Notes under the pieces: model-generated
Database searches by the model: none
The model's input: only the letters and a program-made list of their open reading frames with translations
What the model was told of the DNA's origin: nothing
Part shown: in pieces, positions 50,945 to 60,596 of the stretch
How positions within the stretch are numbered: the stretch's first letter is position 1
Layout: every line of letters begins with the position of its first letter
Translations under genes and position numbers: made by a program
Source of the DNA: Leptospira sp.
Lineage (GTDB): Bacteria; Spirochaetota; Leptospiria; Leptospirales; Leptospiraceae
NCBI GenBank assembly: GCA_034439575.1
Contig: JAWXAQ010000007.1
Coordinates: 192,001-256,000 of the forward strand
DNA: 64,000 nt
Direction: 5' to 3'

Positions 50945-52228
50945 ATGCTCGAGATCAAAACTTTATATAAATTTATTAAGGTGCAATTTTTATTCACCTG
51001 CCTTTGTTTGATTTTAATTTCGAAATTAAATACACAGGATATTCCAAAAATCATTGTCGAACCCATCAAAGGGAAAGTGAATACATCCTTCCAAGAATTT
51101 GGACCAAGTCTTTCACCTGATGCAAAGACTTTGTATTTTTATTCCAAAAGATCTGCAAAAGGTTATACGGAGATTTTTCGAAGTGAATTAGAATCTGATG
51201 GACAATGGTCATTCCCAGAAGAAGTCAACGAATTGAATTCGGACTTTGATGATCAAAGTCCGTTTGTAAGTCGAGATGGAAAAACAATCTTACTCTCTTC
51301 GAATCGAGACGGTTCTGTAGAAGTCCAACTTGAAAATGGTAAAATTGGAATCTCAAGAGATATATATATTTCTAATTGGAATGGGAAAATTTGGTCAACA
51401 CCGACCGCCTTACCAAAAAATATAAATACAGAAGATATAGAAGAAAATCCACACCTATTAGGTGATACACTATTATTTACAAGATATCCATTCGGAAAAC
51501 CAGATTTAGCAAAAATTTATATATCAAAAAGAAACGGAAATAATTGGTCGGAACCTAAACTATTACCTGCTCCAATAAATGATAATTATGCGACGATAGC
51601 CGCTGCATATAATGATGAAGGGACTCTATTATTTTTTGCATCAAACCGTCCTGGAGGATATGGAGGTTTTGATATTTATATGATGAAAGTTAATAGTGAT
51701 GTATTTTCAGATCTAGAAAATTTAGGTGATGATATCAATTCGGCGAGTGACGAAGGTTATATTATTTACCAACAAGTGAAAAAAACATTTTTGTTTTGTA
51801 GAAGAGTAGAAAATAGATCATTCGATATTTTTTCAGCATCTATTCCCCGTAAACCGAGCATTATAGAAAGTAAGTTAACAGAAGATAAGAAAATATCCAT
51901 TGATACTATTTATTTTGAAAGAGCATCTTCCAAATTGAAAAATGAATCCACTTCTTCTCTTGATGCTATTGTTGACTATTTACATGAAAACCCAAAGAAT
52001 CGCATGAAAATAATTGGCCATACTGATTTAATTGGAAATTTCGAAGATAATATGACCCTTTCCAAGGAAAGAGCTTTGTCTGTGAAAGAGTATTTAGTCC
52101 GTAAAGGAGTTGAGGAAAAGCGATTAGAAACTGGAGGAAAAGGTCCTACAGAACCAATGATTTCAAAAACAGATGAAGAATCTTCAAAGAAAAATAGGCG
52201 GACTGAATTTGTAATTCTAGAAAAGTAA
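50945..52228 (+). CDS. OmpA-family peptidoglycan-binding protein with PD40 beta-propeller repeats
   Basis: PSLSPD.KTLYF.S, FFASNRPGGYGGFDIY; IGHTD, N..LS..RA, NRRTEF; start uncertain (50939/50945). Confidence 0.9.
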   Translation: MLEIKTLYKFIKVQFLFTCLCLILISKLNTQDIPKIIVEPIKGKVNTSFQEFGPSLSPDAKTLYFYSKRSAKGYTEIFRSELESDGQWSFPEEVNELNSDFDDQSPFVSRDGKTILLSSNRDGSVEVQLENGKIGISRDIYISNWNGKIWSTPTALPKNINTEDIEENPHLLGDTLLFTRYPFGKPDLAKIYISKRNGNNWSEPKLLPAPINDNYATIAAAYNDEGTLLFFASNRPGGYGGFDIYMMKVNSDVFSDLENLGDDINSASDEGYIIYQQVKKTFLFCRRVENRSFDIFSASIPRKPSIIESKLTEDKKISIDTIYFERASSKLKNESTSSLDAIVDYLHENPKNRMKIIGHTDLIGNFEDNMTLSKERALSVKEYLVRKGVEEKRLETGGKGPTEPMISKTDEESSKKNRRTEFVILEK

Positions 52229-52274
52229 TTTTACTTGATTCCTTTTCGATTGTGAAACGGAATCAAAAAATCTT

Positions 52275-53144
52275 ATGAAACTACTATCCCATTCAATCAC
52301 CCAATGTTTGGGATTCTGTACATTGAATCTATTTCTATCCTTTACTTTGTTTGCTCAAACAAGCATTACGATTGATAAAATTCGCAAAACAAAAGTTCTT
52401 ACAGTTTCAGTTAATGAATTTTATGATCCCTTTTATATAGAAAACCCAAATCCCGAATTTCCTGGTTTGGATGTAGAATTAGCCCAAGCTTATGCTGACT
52501 TCTTAAATGTGGAACTAAGAGTGATTCCACTTAGAACCTTTGACCAACATGCAAAAATGTTAGAAAAGGGTGATTCACAGATTGCCCTTGCTGGACTATC
52601 GAGTTCGCTTCTAAGATTTAAGGACGTCTATTTCACAGATCCTTATTTAGTATCCACTCCTTCAGGTTTGGTGAATCGTTCTTCATTGCCTCCAGAACCT
52701 GAAGGCCAAATCGTAACTGTCCAATTGTTTCGCAACTTACTCGACTTACAAAGTGTATCTGGGATTTCTTTTTCTGTACTATCAAATAGTTCTAATCATC
52801 AGTATTTAAAAGAAACATTTCCAAAGGCACAAGTGTATTCGTATTTTACAAGTGAAGCGGCATTCAATGAATTAAAGAAAAATAACGTAAATTGTTTTGT
52901 TGCAGATTATTATTATATTATGGCTTTGCTTCAAAAAAATCCATCCTTACGAGCTACCTATTTACCTATTACGGGTTCTGTACAAGAAGATCATTTGAGT
53001 ATGGCTGTTGCTAAAAAAGATATGGAATTCATCTATCATTTGAATTTCTTTATCAAAGAATACAAACGCACAGGTAAAATGCAAAGTTTACTCAATAAGT
53101 ATTTTAAATCTGATAAATGGGTCAAAAAAGATCCTGAAAAATGA
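52275..53144 (+). CDS. Family 3 (polar amino-acid type) substrate-binding protein
   Basis: Signal peptide; GLDVELA, R...V.FT.PY, G....L..KYF. Confidence 0.82.
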   Translation: MKLLSHSITQCLGFCTLNLFLSFTLFAQTSITIDKIRKTKVLTVSVNEFYDPFYIENPNPEFPGLDVELAQAYADFLNVELRVIPLRTFDQHAKMLEKGDSQIALAGLSSSLLRFKDVYFTDPYLVSTPSGLVNRSSLPPEPEGQIVTVQLFRNLLDLQSVSGISFSVLSNSSNHQYLKETFPKAQVYSYFTSEAAFNELKKNNVNCFVADYYYIMALLQKNPSLRATYLPITGSVQEDHLSMAVAKKDMEFIYHLNFFIKEYKRTGKMQSLLNKYFKSDKWVKKDPEK

Positions 53145-54679
53145 TTAAATTTTTTTTACTTTGCCTATTGTACTTAGTTTCAACCGCCATACTAGCGGAT
53201 GATGAAGAATCTCAACGTACAAATATTAATTTTAGTGGTTCATTTCGTGTCCGTGGAACAAACGTTGGACGAGATGTTTTGTTAACAAGACAATCGCCTG
53301 TGACACCTGTTAGCGATCCATTAGCAGAATACAATGCCAGGTTATTAAAAGAAGGCCAAGCAATCAATGAAGATTTGGAACGTCGCCGTGTCGGTTTACC
53401 TTCTCAACTAACACCTCGAAAAGAAGATGTTAATTATTATGATACTCGTTTTTTATATAATATGAGTTTTTCTACTGGAAAGTATGTTGAAGGGATTTGG
53501 GGAATGCAAGTCGGTGACATTCCTTTTGGTGGAAGGGGACTCAGAGCAACAGGTCCGGATGGATTTGATCCGGGAATTGTCGGGCCAGGTGCTGGTGGTG
53601 AAAGAGGCAGAACGTCCGCCGTTAACGTGCAGACCAACTTTCTATATTTAAACTTTCGAATACCTGAATCGGCCTTATTTATAAAAGTTGGACAACAATT
53701 ATTTTCATCTCCCCAAGGGAGAGTTTTATTCTCGACAGGAACAGGCGTTAGTATAGTTAAAAATTTTCAATTTTTACGCCTTTCCTGGGAGGGTGGATTA
53801 CTTAGAGCGAAAGATCAAAGCTTTTTGGATGTTGATAAAAATGGATTCGCAGATAAGAACTATCAAAATTCAAATATTTTTTATAACAGAATGAAAATTG
53901 AATATTTTCGTAATATTCGCAATGAGTTTTATACATATTTTTTGGATGATAATGAAAAGAGTGATAATGAAACAGCCAGGTTAGCTTGGTATGGATTTTT
54001 TAATGAATTCAATTTTCAAACTTTCTCATTTTCTGTTCATGGAATTTTAAATACAGGGATTGTAAAAAAACTAAAGCCTGTTAAAGATTCCTCTGATACT
54101 ACAGTTTATCATACTACCAGTAGACATTTTATAAAGGGTGGTATGTATGATTTTCAATTCGCCTATCGTTGGAATGATTCACTTAATTTTAATTTGATCG
54201 CTTTAGGTACAACTGGGAGACCTGGTTATGATGCTAATGGTGAAGAAGCTAATTTAAAAGGGAATGGTTATCGAACACTTGCACCAGGTTTCTCTATTTC
54301 AAATATTGCAACAGACTTTACAGGTGGTTATGCGATGTTCAACGGTTCAAGTTTTTCAGGATTAAATGAATATGGAACTTTTGCAAATATCATAGCATTT
54401 GGCCCATACCAATTCACTTTCGGTTATTACCAACTTTGGGCCACAAGATCACCTGAAATTAAAATCAATCGTGAGTTTTCAGAATGGGGCGGGTATAAAA
54501 CTTCCACTTATTTAGGAATGGAGTATAACTTTAATATTCGTTATAATGTAACTTCTGATTTTCAAATCGTTTTCAGATCTGGCTACTTTGTGGCAGGGGA
54601 TGCTTTATTTGTTTTACTAGATTCCAGATATGGTAAGGTTTTGCGAGAAGCCTTTGTCACATTTGAGCATAGATTTTAG
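53141..54679 (+). CDS. Putative outer-membrane beta-barrel protein
   Basis: Signal peptide; alternating aromatic/polar strands; C-terminal FVTFEHRF. Confidence 0.7.
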   Translation: MIKFFLLCLLYLVSTAILADDEESQRTNINFSGSFRVRGTNVGRDVLLTRQSPVTPVSDPLAEYNARLLKEGQAINEDLERRRVGLPSQLTPRKEDVNYYDTRFLYNMSFSTGKYVEGIWGMQVGDIPFGGRGLRATGPDGFDPGIVGPGAGGERGRTSAVNVQTNFLYLNFRIPESALFIKVGQQLFSSPQGRVLFSTGTGVSIVKNFQFLRLSWEGGLLRAKDQSFLDVDKNGFADKNYQNSNIFYNRMKIEYFRNIRNEFYTYFLDDNEKSDNETARLAWYGFFNEFNFQTFSFSVHGILNTGIVKKLKPVKDSSDTTVYHTTSRHFIKGGMYDFQFAYRWNDSLNFNLIALGTTGRPGYDANGEEANLKGNGYRTLAPGFSISNIATDFTGGYAMFNGSSFSGLNEYGTFANIIAFGPYQFTFGYYQLWATRSPEIKINREFSEWGGYKTSTYLGMEYNFNIRYNVTSDFQIVFRSGYFVAGDALFVLLDSRYGKVLREAFVTFEHRF

Positions 54680-55284
54680 ATTGTGAGACGCGATTTGATC
54701 GCCTTACCAAGTGTATACTGATCCGAGTATTCGATAGTTCCCCCAATAGTAATCCCATGTGCTATCCTTGAAACTCTTATCCCGAAAGATTTAATTATAG
54801 TAGATATATAAGAAGCCGTGGCGTCGCCCTCCAAAGTTGGATTTGTTGCCACTAGAACTTCTGTGATATTTGAATTCTTTAATCTTTCTAAAAGTTGTGG
54901 AATTCTTAATTGGTCAGGTCCTATTCCATCTAAAGGTGAAATTGAACCATTTAAAACATGATACTTACCAAAGTATTCTTTTGTATTTTCAATAAAAAAA
55001 ATATCTTCTGGTTGTTCTACGACACAAACAATGGATTGGTCACGTTTGTGTGAATTGCAGATTTCGCAAATTGAATCTTCCGTGAGTCCGCCGCACACTT
55101 CGCAAAAATGCAAATTTTCACGTGCTTCTCTAATACCATTGATCCAAGCTTGAAAGGAAGAAGTATCCATTCGCAAAACATGAAATCCAATTCTAGTGGC
55201 ACTTTTTTTTCCTATACCTGGAAGTAAGGAAAAAGAGGAGATAAGTTTTTGAAATTGATTTTCAGACAGAAGGATTACCACCAC
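54676..55284 (-). CDS. recR: Recombination mediator RecR
   Basis: LPGIGKKSA.R, CEVC..CEIC, CVVE, YHVL.G.ISPLDG, NPTLEGDAT; start uncertain (possibly CTG 55269). Confidence 0.96.
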   Translation of the reverse strand: MVVILLSENQFQKLISSFSLLPGIGKKSATRIGFHVLRMDTSSFQAWINGIREARENLHFCEVCGGLTEDSICEICNSHKRDQSIVCVVEQPEDIFFIENTKEYFGKYHVLNGSISPLDGIGPDQLRIPQLLERLKNSNITEVLVATNPTLEGDATASYISTIIKSFGIRVSRIAHGITIGGTIEYSDQYTLGKAIKSRLTI

Positions 55285-55630
55285 TGTTCATTTGATTCAT
55301 CATATTTTCTAAGTCTTTAGGATTAAAACCCAAAACATTTTTTACTTCATGTGCCATTGTTTCTTTAGATTTTCTGATAGCTTCATTTGTCGCAGATAAT
55401 ATTAAATCCTCTAACATCTTACTATCATTAGCATTGAACATAATAGGATTAATTTTTATATTTGTGATATTTCCTTCACCTGACGCGGTAACTTCGACCA
55501 TACCTGCTCCCGCAGAAGCAGTCACATGAATTTGAGCCAAACGTTTTTGCAGTTCAGCTTGCTTTTCTTGCATGTTTCCGAATTGGGAAAAAGCATCTTT
55601 CATTTGTTTGACTTGGTCAAATATTCCCAT
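55262..55630 (-). CDS. ybaB: YbaB/EbfC nucleoid-associated protein
   Basis: AGAGMVEVT..G, D..MLEDLI..A.NEA; located between dnaX and recR. Confidence 0.93.
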   Translation of the reverse strand: MGIFDQVKQMKDAFSQFGNMQEKQAELQKRLAQIHVTASAGAGMVEVTASGEGNITNIKINPIMFNANDSKMLEDLILSATNEAIRKSKETMAHEVKNVLGFNPKDLENMMNQMNSGGNPSV

Positions 55631-55640
55631 AATTTATTTC

Positions 55641-57020
55641 CTAGATATTTTTATATTTGTTTGGATCTGCATCAGTTCCGCCAAATGTTTCCTTCACCAA
55701 TTTTTCGATCTCCAATGAATTTTTACTTGGATTAGACTCTATAGCGACTTCGTCAGGTTTTTCAATTTTTGTTTGAGGAATATTTTTTTCTACCTTAGGA
55801 ACCGTCGAAACTATGTTTACCGATGGTTCCTGGATATTATTTACATCGGCTTGGATTTGTTTTGTTAAATCTGATAATTTAGAGAGTAAACCAGAGACTG
55901 TTGGTTTTTCTCTTTCCAATAAAATCTTACGAAATTGAATCTCCAAAAATACTTTAACTTCATAAGAACTGCGAAGTTTCATTTGATTTAATTTTTCGTG
56001 CACTAGAAACATATTTTCTGATAATAAAATCAGAACTTCTCTATCGATATTTCTAAATTCTGATTTTAACTTTTGAATATCTTCCTGGGGGATATTGATC
56101 GATTCTCTTTGTGCCAAATTTTCTTGGATCAAAAGTAATGAATTTAAGAATTCAACAAAATCCCAAATGAACTTTATTAGATCTAATCCGTCTTGAAAAT
56201 ATAATTCTAGTTTTTCAAATAATTTCGAAGATTGTGTGGAATCCAAAATATAATTTAGAAAATCGATAAATATATCAATGCCATGATATCCTATCATTTT
56301 TCGTAATTTTGCGCCAGTTAAGTTACCATCAGTAAAAACTACAGCTTGTTCCATAAAAGAGAGTGTATCGCGAACAGAGCCATCTCCCTTTTTGGCAATC
56401 CAAAACAGGCCTTCGGTATCAAATTTGAGATTTTCTTTCTGGGCAATTGTTTCGATATACTGTTGTAATACGGCTACCGGAACTTTCCGAAATGTGAAAT
56501 CCTGGCATCGTGATAAAATTGTCTCTGGTATCTTATGATATTCTGTGGTCGCAAGTATAAATACCACATGTTGAGGAGGTTCTTCTAAAGTTTTTAAGAG
56601 AGCATTGAATGCTGCTCCACTTAACATATGTACTTCGTCAAGAATATAGACGCGGTACTTTCCGCCCATGGCATTGAATTTTACATTTTCTCGTAATTCC
56701 CTGACATTATCGACACCACTATTAGAGGCGGCATCAATTTCTAGAACATCATTCGAATTTCCTTTAATGATCTCTTTACACGATAAACATTCGTTACAAG
56801 GTTCGACACCATCTGGTTTTTCGCAATTTAAACGTTTGGCGAGAATTCTAGCAATTGTAGTTTTTCCAACACCTCTTGGTCCAATAAAAATATAAGCATG
56901 ACCTATTTTTTTATTCTTAAAAGCATTTGTTAAAGAATTTACAGCTAAATCTTGATAGATGACGTCCCTAAAGAATTGAGGGCGGTATTTACGGAATAGG
57001 ACTTGATGGTTGTCGTTCAT
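55641..57020 (-). CDS. dnaX: DNA polymerase III subunit gamma/tau
   Basis: RKYRP..F, GPRGVGKTT, EIDAASN, DEVHML, NALLKTLEEPP, TILSRC. Confidence 0.97.
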   Translation of the reverse strand: MNDNHQVLFRKYRPQFFRDVIYQDLAVNSLTNAFKNKKIGHAYIFIGPRGVGKTTIARILAKRLNCEKPDGVEPCNECLSCKEIIKGNSNDVLEIDAASNSGVDNVRELRENVKFNAMGGKYRVYILDEVHMLSGAAFNALLKTLEEPPQHVVFILATTEYHKIPETILSRCQDFTFRKVPVAVLQQYIETIAQKENLKFDTEGLFWIAKKGDGSVRDTLSFMEQAVVFTDGNLTGAKLRKMIGYHGIDIFIDFLNYILDSTQSSKLFEKLELYFQDGLDLIKFIWDFVEFLNSLLLIQENLAQRESINIPQEDIQKLKSEFRNIDREVLILLSENMFLVHEKLNQMKLRSSYEVKVFLEIQFRKILLEREKPTVSGLLSKLSDLTKQIQADVNNIQEPSVNIVSTVPKVEKNIPQTKIEKPDEVAIESNPSKNSLEIEKLVKETFGGTDADPNKYKNI

Positions 57021-57030
57021 TTAGAAACCT

Positions 57031-57115
<85 letters not shown>

Positions 57116-57160
57116 AATGAGTTCTACGAACATCCATAAAAAGAAATGGTCAATAGAATT

Positions 57161-57601
57161 CTACCTTTTCTCTTTGAAAAAGTCCTTAAAATCTGTAAGA
57201 ATCGAAGAATTTTTTATATAGGTTAGCTTAGGATAATGATTAAGTAAATAAATAGATTCAGGCGAATAAGAAGAAATGCCTTCACCATTTTTAGCAGGAA
57301 GAAAATAGACTACCTCAGGAATTTTGACTCTAAAAATGGCACCAGAACATTGCAAACATGGTTCTAGAGTGGTAATTAATAAACACCCCATCAAATACTT
57401 TTCATTTAAGGATTTCAGTGCTCTTTCAATTGCTATGACTTCACTATGCAGTGTAGCATTTAACATTGACTCGACGGCATTGGAAGCACTTGCGATTAAT
57501 TTTCTATCAGGAGAATAGATTTCAGTGAATGACGGAATTTCGTGTGGTAAGTTTGATTTTGAAAGTTTATAGTTTATTAAAAAGCTTTCTAAATAATCCA
57601 A
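57161..57601 (-). CDS. tadA: tRNA-specific adenosine-34 deaminase (TadA family)
   Basis: HSE...TLEPCLQC.GAI, C-terminal DFFKEKR; TTG start 1 nt after tRNA-Arg(ACG). Confidence 0.85.
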   Translation of the reverse strand: MDYLESFLINYKLSKSNLPHEIPSFTEIYSPDRKLIASASNAVESMLNATLHSEVIAIERALKSLNEKYLMGCLLITTLEPCLQCSGAIFRVKIPEVVYFLPAKNGEGISSYSPESIYLLNHYPKLTYIKNSSILTDFKDFFKEKR

Positions 57602-57602
57602 G

Positions 57603-57676
57603 CGCGCCCAAGAGGATTTGAACCTCTAACCTTCTGATCCGTAGTCAGATACTCTATCCAGTTGAGCTATGGGCGC
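57603..57676 (-). tRNA. tRNA-Arg(ACG)
   Basis: GCGCCCA acceptor stem, TCTGA-CTACGGA-TCAGA anticodon arm, GTTCAAATC; CCA not encoded. Confidence 0.95.
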
Positions 57677-58060
57677 AAAATTGCTTTCTAATTTGGTTTC
57701 CCAATCTGTAAGGATTGGTATTTCAATGGTTTTTTTGAATCGAACAGAGTAAATCAAAAATCCCGCTAAACCTAGATAAATCACAATAGCCACGAAATGA
57801 ATGAGATTGGCCAAAAAGGCTCCAATCCAAGGAAATACGGAAATAACTTGAGCAAGTATGAGAAATAGAAAGAACAAACCAGTGTTAATCGCAGAATAAA
57901 GGGAAATTTTTCGAATTAGATTTGTTTTGGAATGCCAAGAAAGGATTGGAACCCAAGAAAAGTACAATGGGAGAGCAGAAAAAATACAAAGATTTCTCTC
58001 CTTTAAAAGGTAAGTTTTAAATTTTTTTAAAGGGATTTGTATCTGTTCTATGCTCAGCAT
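57626..58060 (-). CDS. Small membrane protein whose 3' end overlaps tRNA-Arg
   Basis: About 3 TM segments (…FPWIGAFLANLIHF…IEIPIL, loosely DUF4870-like); ATG 58060 lies just after tRNA-Ser(GCT). Confidence 0.65.
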   Translation of the reverse strand: MLSIEQIQIPLKKFKTYLLKERNLCIFSALPLYFSWVPILSWHSKTNLIRKISLYSAINTGLFFLFLILAQVISVFPWIGAFLANLIHFVAIVIYLGLAGFLIYSVRFKKTIEIPILTDWETKLESNFAPIAQLDRVSDYGSEG

Positions 58061-58067
58061 ATACTCT

Positions 58068-58156
<89 letters not shown>

Positions 58157-58165
58157 ATAATACTT

Positions 58166-58249
<84 letters not shown>

Positions 58250-58263
58250 AGGAGTACCTATCC

Positions 58264-58291
58264 GTTATCCGAAATACAAGTGCAGTGTCAA
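58264..58291 (-). promoter_or_regulatory. Possible promoter of the tRNA-tadA-dnaX operon
   Basis: Perfect TTGACA (58291-58286) on the minus strand; only a weak -10 (GATAAC). Confidence 0.35.
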
Positions 58292-58318
58292 ATGAATAAT
58301 CAATGAATGGCTTAGAGA

Positions 58319-59437
58319 ATGAAAAAGCTCAGAGTAAAATTAGAAAAATGGGTAAATGGTGGCTATGCATTGGCACATCATGAGGGACATGCAGTCTTTG
58401 TTTTAGGCGGGATTCCAGGTGAATCCGTGGACATAAAACTAGACAAAGAAGGTTCAAAGGAATGGTTTGGAACAACGACCGATGTTTTAGAACCTTCGCA
58501 TGAAAGAATCAATTCGGATTGTGAGGTATTCTTATCTTGTGGTGGCTGTAGTTATCGACATATCAATTATGAAAACGAATTAAAGATCAAAAAATCTCTG
58601 TTATCCGATATGTTTCCGAAGGAAGCAAGTTGGATAGATACCATCAGTGGTTCGAGTTTACATTATAGAAATAATGTCCAATGGCAAAACGACAAAGGTA
58701 AAATTGGTTTTTATAGCAAAAATTCCCATAGTGTTGAAGTAAAGGCTAACGAACTTTGTCAGAATTTAGATCCTAAACTTCTTTGGTCCAATTTGGATCA
58801 AAATCTTAAAAATAAATTTAAAAAATTAAAAAACATTTCACTACGAATTTCGAATGATCAAGTCATCAATTATGACTCGGATGTGACTAAAATTGAAGTG
58901 AACGGAAGATTGTTGCAAGTTCCTGAAAAAGGTTTTTTTCAAATCAATCAATTTTTGATCCAACCTTGGTTAGATAAAATAGGTGAGTATTTGAATGAGA
59001 AAGAAGATGTTTTAGAACTCTTTTGCGGCTGTGGAACTATTGGAATTGGGCTAAGTGATAAAATACATTCCCTCTATGGAATTGAACTCCATCAAAAGAG
59101 TATTGATTTTGCAAAATTAAATGCAAAAACAAATCATATTAAGAATTTCACATATGAGTCCATCGATCTTTACCAAAGACCGATTCCAAAAACGGTATCA
59201 AAATATCCAACTTGGATTGTGAATCCACCAAGAGCAGGGCTTACAAAAGAAATCATAGAGTCCATTCACCAATTTAAGCCCAAAAAAATTATCTACTCTA
59301 GTTGCAATCCGAGTACATTAAAAAGAGATATTGTGGAATTGAAAAAAAGGAATTATAAAATCACAAAACTAACGTTAATTGATTTTTTCCCACGAACTCC
59401 TCATTATGAAGTTTTATGTTGTATTGAAAGAACATAA
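58319..59437 (+). CDS. RlmD/RumA-family RNA m5U methyltransferase with TRAM domain
   Basis: C.VF.SCGGC, YRN, FFQIN, ELFCG.G, NPPRAG, Y.SCNP.TL.RD, DFFP.T.H.E. Confidence 0.9.
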   Translation: MKKLRVKLEKWVNGGYALAHHEGHAVFVLGGIPGESVDIKLDKEGSKEWFGTTTDVLEPSHERINSDCEVFLSCGGCSYRHINYENELKIKKSLLSDMFPKEASWIDTISGSSLHYRNNVQWQNDKGKIGFYSKNSHSVEVKANELCQNLDPKLLWSNLDQNLKNKFKKLKNISLRISNDQVINYDSDVTKIEVNGRLLQVPEKGFFQINQFLIQPWLDKIGEYLNEKEDVLELFCGCGTIGIGLSDKIHSLYGIELHQKSIDFAKLNAKTNHIKNFTYESIDLYQRPIPKTVSKYPTWIVNPPRAGLTKEIIESIHQFKPKKIIYSSCNPSTLKRDIVELKKRNYKITKLTLIDFFPRTPHYEVLCCIERT

Positions 59438-59449
59438 TGAGAAGTCTGA

Positions 59450-59471
59450 AGCATTAGAATTTTCTAATGTT
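59450..59471. terminator. Hairpin between convergent genes (possible bidirectional terminator)
   Basis: CATTAGAA-tt-TTCTAATG; AT-rich stem. Confidence 0.4.
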
Positions 59472-59676
59472 ACTTTTGAGTTTGTTTGGTAGAAAATTTA
59501 AAAGGTAGGTATGCAGGACAAAATCCTACCGCTGAAGTTCCTATCATCACTAAACCAACTACGGCTAAAACAATTGCGACAGTACCTTGTAAGATGCCAC
59601 CAAAGAATAATCCAGCAATGATGATTCCAATTGCTAGGCGAGCGATTCGGTCATAAATTCCCATATTCTGAAACAT
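59470..59676 (-). CDS. DUF2892 (YgaP-like) membrane protein
   Basis: NMG..DR..R...G...T...GFCP.Y.PF..ST; AGGAG RBS before ATG 59676. Confidence 0.9.
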   Translation of the reverse strand: MFQNMGIYDRIARLAIGIIIAGLFFGGILQGTVAIVLAVVGLVMIGTSAVGFCPAYLPFKFSTKQTQK

Positions 59677-59714
59677 GATAATTCTCCTATTTCTCATATT
59701 GGACGAAAATTTTT

Positions 59715-60596
59715 CTAAATTTTATTCTTTTGAAGCCAAAAAACAATATTTTGAATTACTTCTTCTGGTCTTTCCCAATGTAAAAAATGGCCAGTATGAT
59801 CAAATCCCACCTTTCTTAATCCGCCTGAAAAATCTGATTCCTTAAGAATTTGTTCAAATAAATTTCGATGGAAACATCCGTCATTTAGGCCGTATAAAAC
59901 TTGCGTTGGGGAACCTACAACTGCATCAATGATTCCTAATATACTTTCTCTACCAGAATCCGTTAAAAAGTCATTTAAATTTCTATAATAAGCAAGAGCA
60001 GAAGAAAGAACTCCTGGATTTTGAAAAGAAGCCTTAATTTCCGCTAGGTGGTCTGCATTTGGAATCGAATCAGGAGACCAATCTTTCCACAAAAAGTCGA
60101 TTAGTCCAAAATCATTAGAACGTAAAGTTAGTTCAGCTAAATAGGGAATTTGAAAAAGTAATAAATACCACGAATGTAACGACTGTTGCGGCGCCCAAAG
60201 AAATGTTTCTTGGTAATTTTTTAATAAAGGAACACCGAGAGAGGTAATTGATGAAATACGCATGGGATAATAAATCCCACATGCATATGCAATCACTGCA
60301 CCCCAATTATGGCCAACAAGATGAACATGATCCCAACCTCTATCATCCATCCATCCTAGAATATCTAACATCAAATCATTGATATGTAATTTTGACCAAT
60401 GGGAAATTGTATTTGGCTCATAGCCTCGCATCACGGGCGCTACACAATGATATCCTTTTTTAGATATGGGTTCTAATAAATGTGAAAAAGTTTTATTATT
60501 ATCTGGAAATCCATGTAGAAATAATACCGGTTCACCAGAACCTGCTTCTATAGTAGAGAAGACTGTCTGTTTGTTTCTGATTTCTGAATAAAACAT
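59715..60596 (-). CDS. Alpha/beta hydrolase, epoxide hydrolase-like
   Basis: LHGFPD, MRGY, GHNWGA, YYR, GHFLHWERP. Confidence 0.88.
   Translation of the reverse strand: MFYSEIRNKQTVFSTIEAGSGEPVLFLHGFPDNNKTFSHLLEPISKKGYHCVAPVMRGYEPNTISHWSKLHINDLMLDILGWMDDRGWDHVHLVGHNWGAVIAYACGIYYPMRISSITSLGVPLLKNYQETFLWAPQQSLHSWYLLLFQIPYLAELTLRSNDFGLIDFLWKDWSPDSIPNADHLAEIKASFQNPGVLSSALAYYRNLNDFLTDSGRESILGIIDAVVGSPTQVLYGLNDGCFHRNLFEQILKESDFSGGLRKVGFDHTGHFLHWERPEEVIQNIVFWLQKNKI

Noticed and set aside
55770..55800. A-run in the 3' part of dnaX as a programmed frameshift site (gamma/tau)
   Set aside because: No A_AAA_AAG with a downstream stem-loop seen; A-runs are common in this AT-rich DNA
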